Below are positions 63,760 through 64,000 of a DNA stretch of 64,000 bases, in pieces (the first letter of the stretch is position 1; each line of letters opens with the position of its first letter). Below the pieces are notes generated by a model. That model did no database searches. It had not been told where the DNA came from and was given only the letters and a program-made list of their open reading frames with translations. The translations under genes and the position numbers were made by a program. Source of the DNA: Carcharhinus amblyrhynchos (Eukaryota); contig OZ336874.1 in assembly GCA_965287045.1 (NCBI GenBank), positions 48,856,001 to 48,920,000 of the forward strand, in the 5' to 3' direction.

Positions 63760-64000
63760 TGATTTTGATTTTTTTTTTGTATTTTTCATTTTGACTTACT
63801 ATTGTCACATGTATTGGGATACAGTGAAAAGTATTGTTTCTTGCGCACTATGCAGAGAAAACATACTATTCAGAGAGTATATAGGGGAGAAGGACAGGAG
63901 AGGGTGCAAAATATAGAGTTATAGTCATAGCTAGGGTGTAGAAAAAGATCAGCTTAATATAAGGTAAATCCATTCAATGGTCTGATGGCAACAGAGAAGA
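63760..64000 (-). mobile_element. Rex1/Babar-type LINE 3' end (runs off the window)
   Basis: gattttgatt tail, then attgtcacatgtattgggatacagtgaaaagtattgtttc, as at 41662/42371. Confidence 0.8.

Noticed and set aside
18200-64000. CDC42SE2 or another second host gene
   Set aside because: No recognisable coding exon found by eye. The candidate at 22576-22659 has a weak donor and an unrecognisable peptide. Small or non-coding exons cannot be excluded.
1-64000. CRISPR array, operon or other prokaryotic system
   Set aside because: The sequence is vertebrate intron/intergenic DNA with no regularly spaced direct repeats or dense ORFs.

Overview
Eukaryotic (vertebrate) genomic DNA. The repeat content (HE1/V-SINE-like and Deu-domain SINEs, CR1, L2, Rex/Babar, RTE, Penelope-like and Harbinger remnants) points to a cartilaginous fish, probably a shark; this is inference. 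One host gene is reconstructable: LYRM7, the mitochondrial complex III Rieske-protein chaperone. It lies on the + strand as 5 coding exons (2349-2366, 3083-3155, 9333-9403, 13599-13680, 18126-18199), encodes 105 aa, has only GT-AG introns, and starts in a small GC/CpG-rich island. The ORF track misses it entirely. The other ~45 kb is intergenic or intronic and dominated by nested transposon debris; almost all listed ORFs are spurious or TE fragments. Most notable: (1) two diverged copies of a ~200-nt poly(A)-tailed, hairpin-rich short element whose 5' head matches U2 snRNA, a candidate U2-headed SINE; (2) minimal hammerhead ribozymes in Penelope-like termini, including one intact copy with stem covariation and a tiny ORF-less double-hammerhead element; (3) a ~250-bp near-perfect palindrome just upstream of the LYRM7 start; (4) multi-layer nested insertions with readable target-site duplications (TSDs). 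All family assignments are by eye from motif recall, with no database search, and repeat boundaries are approximate.
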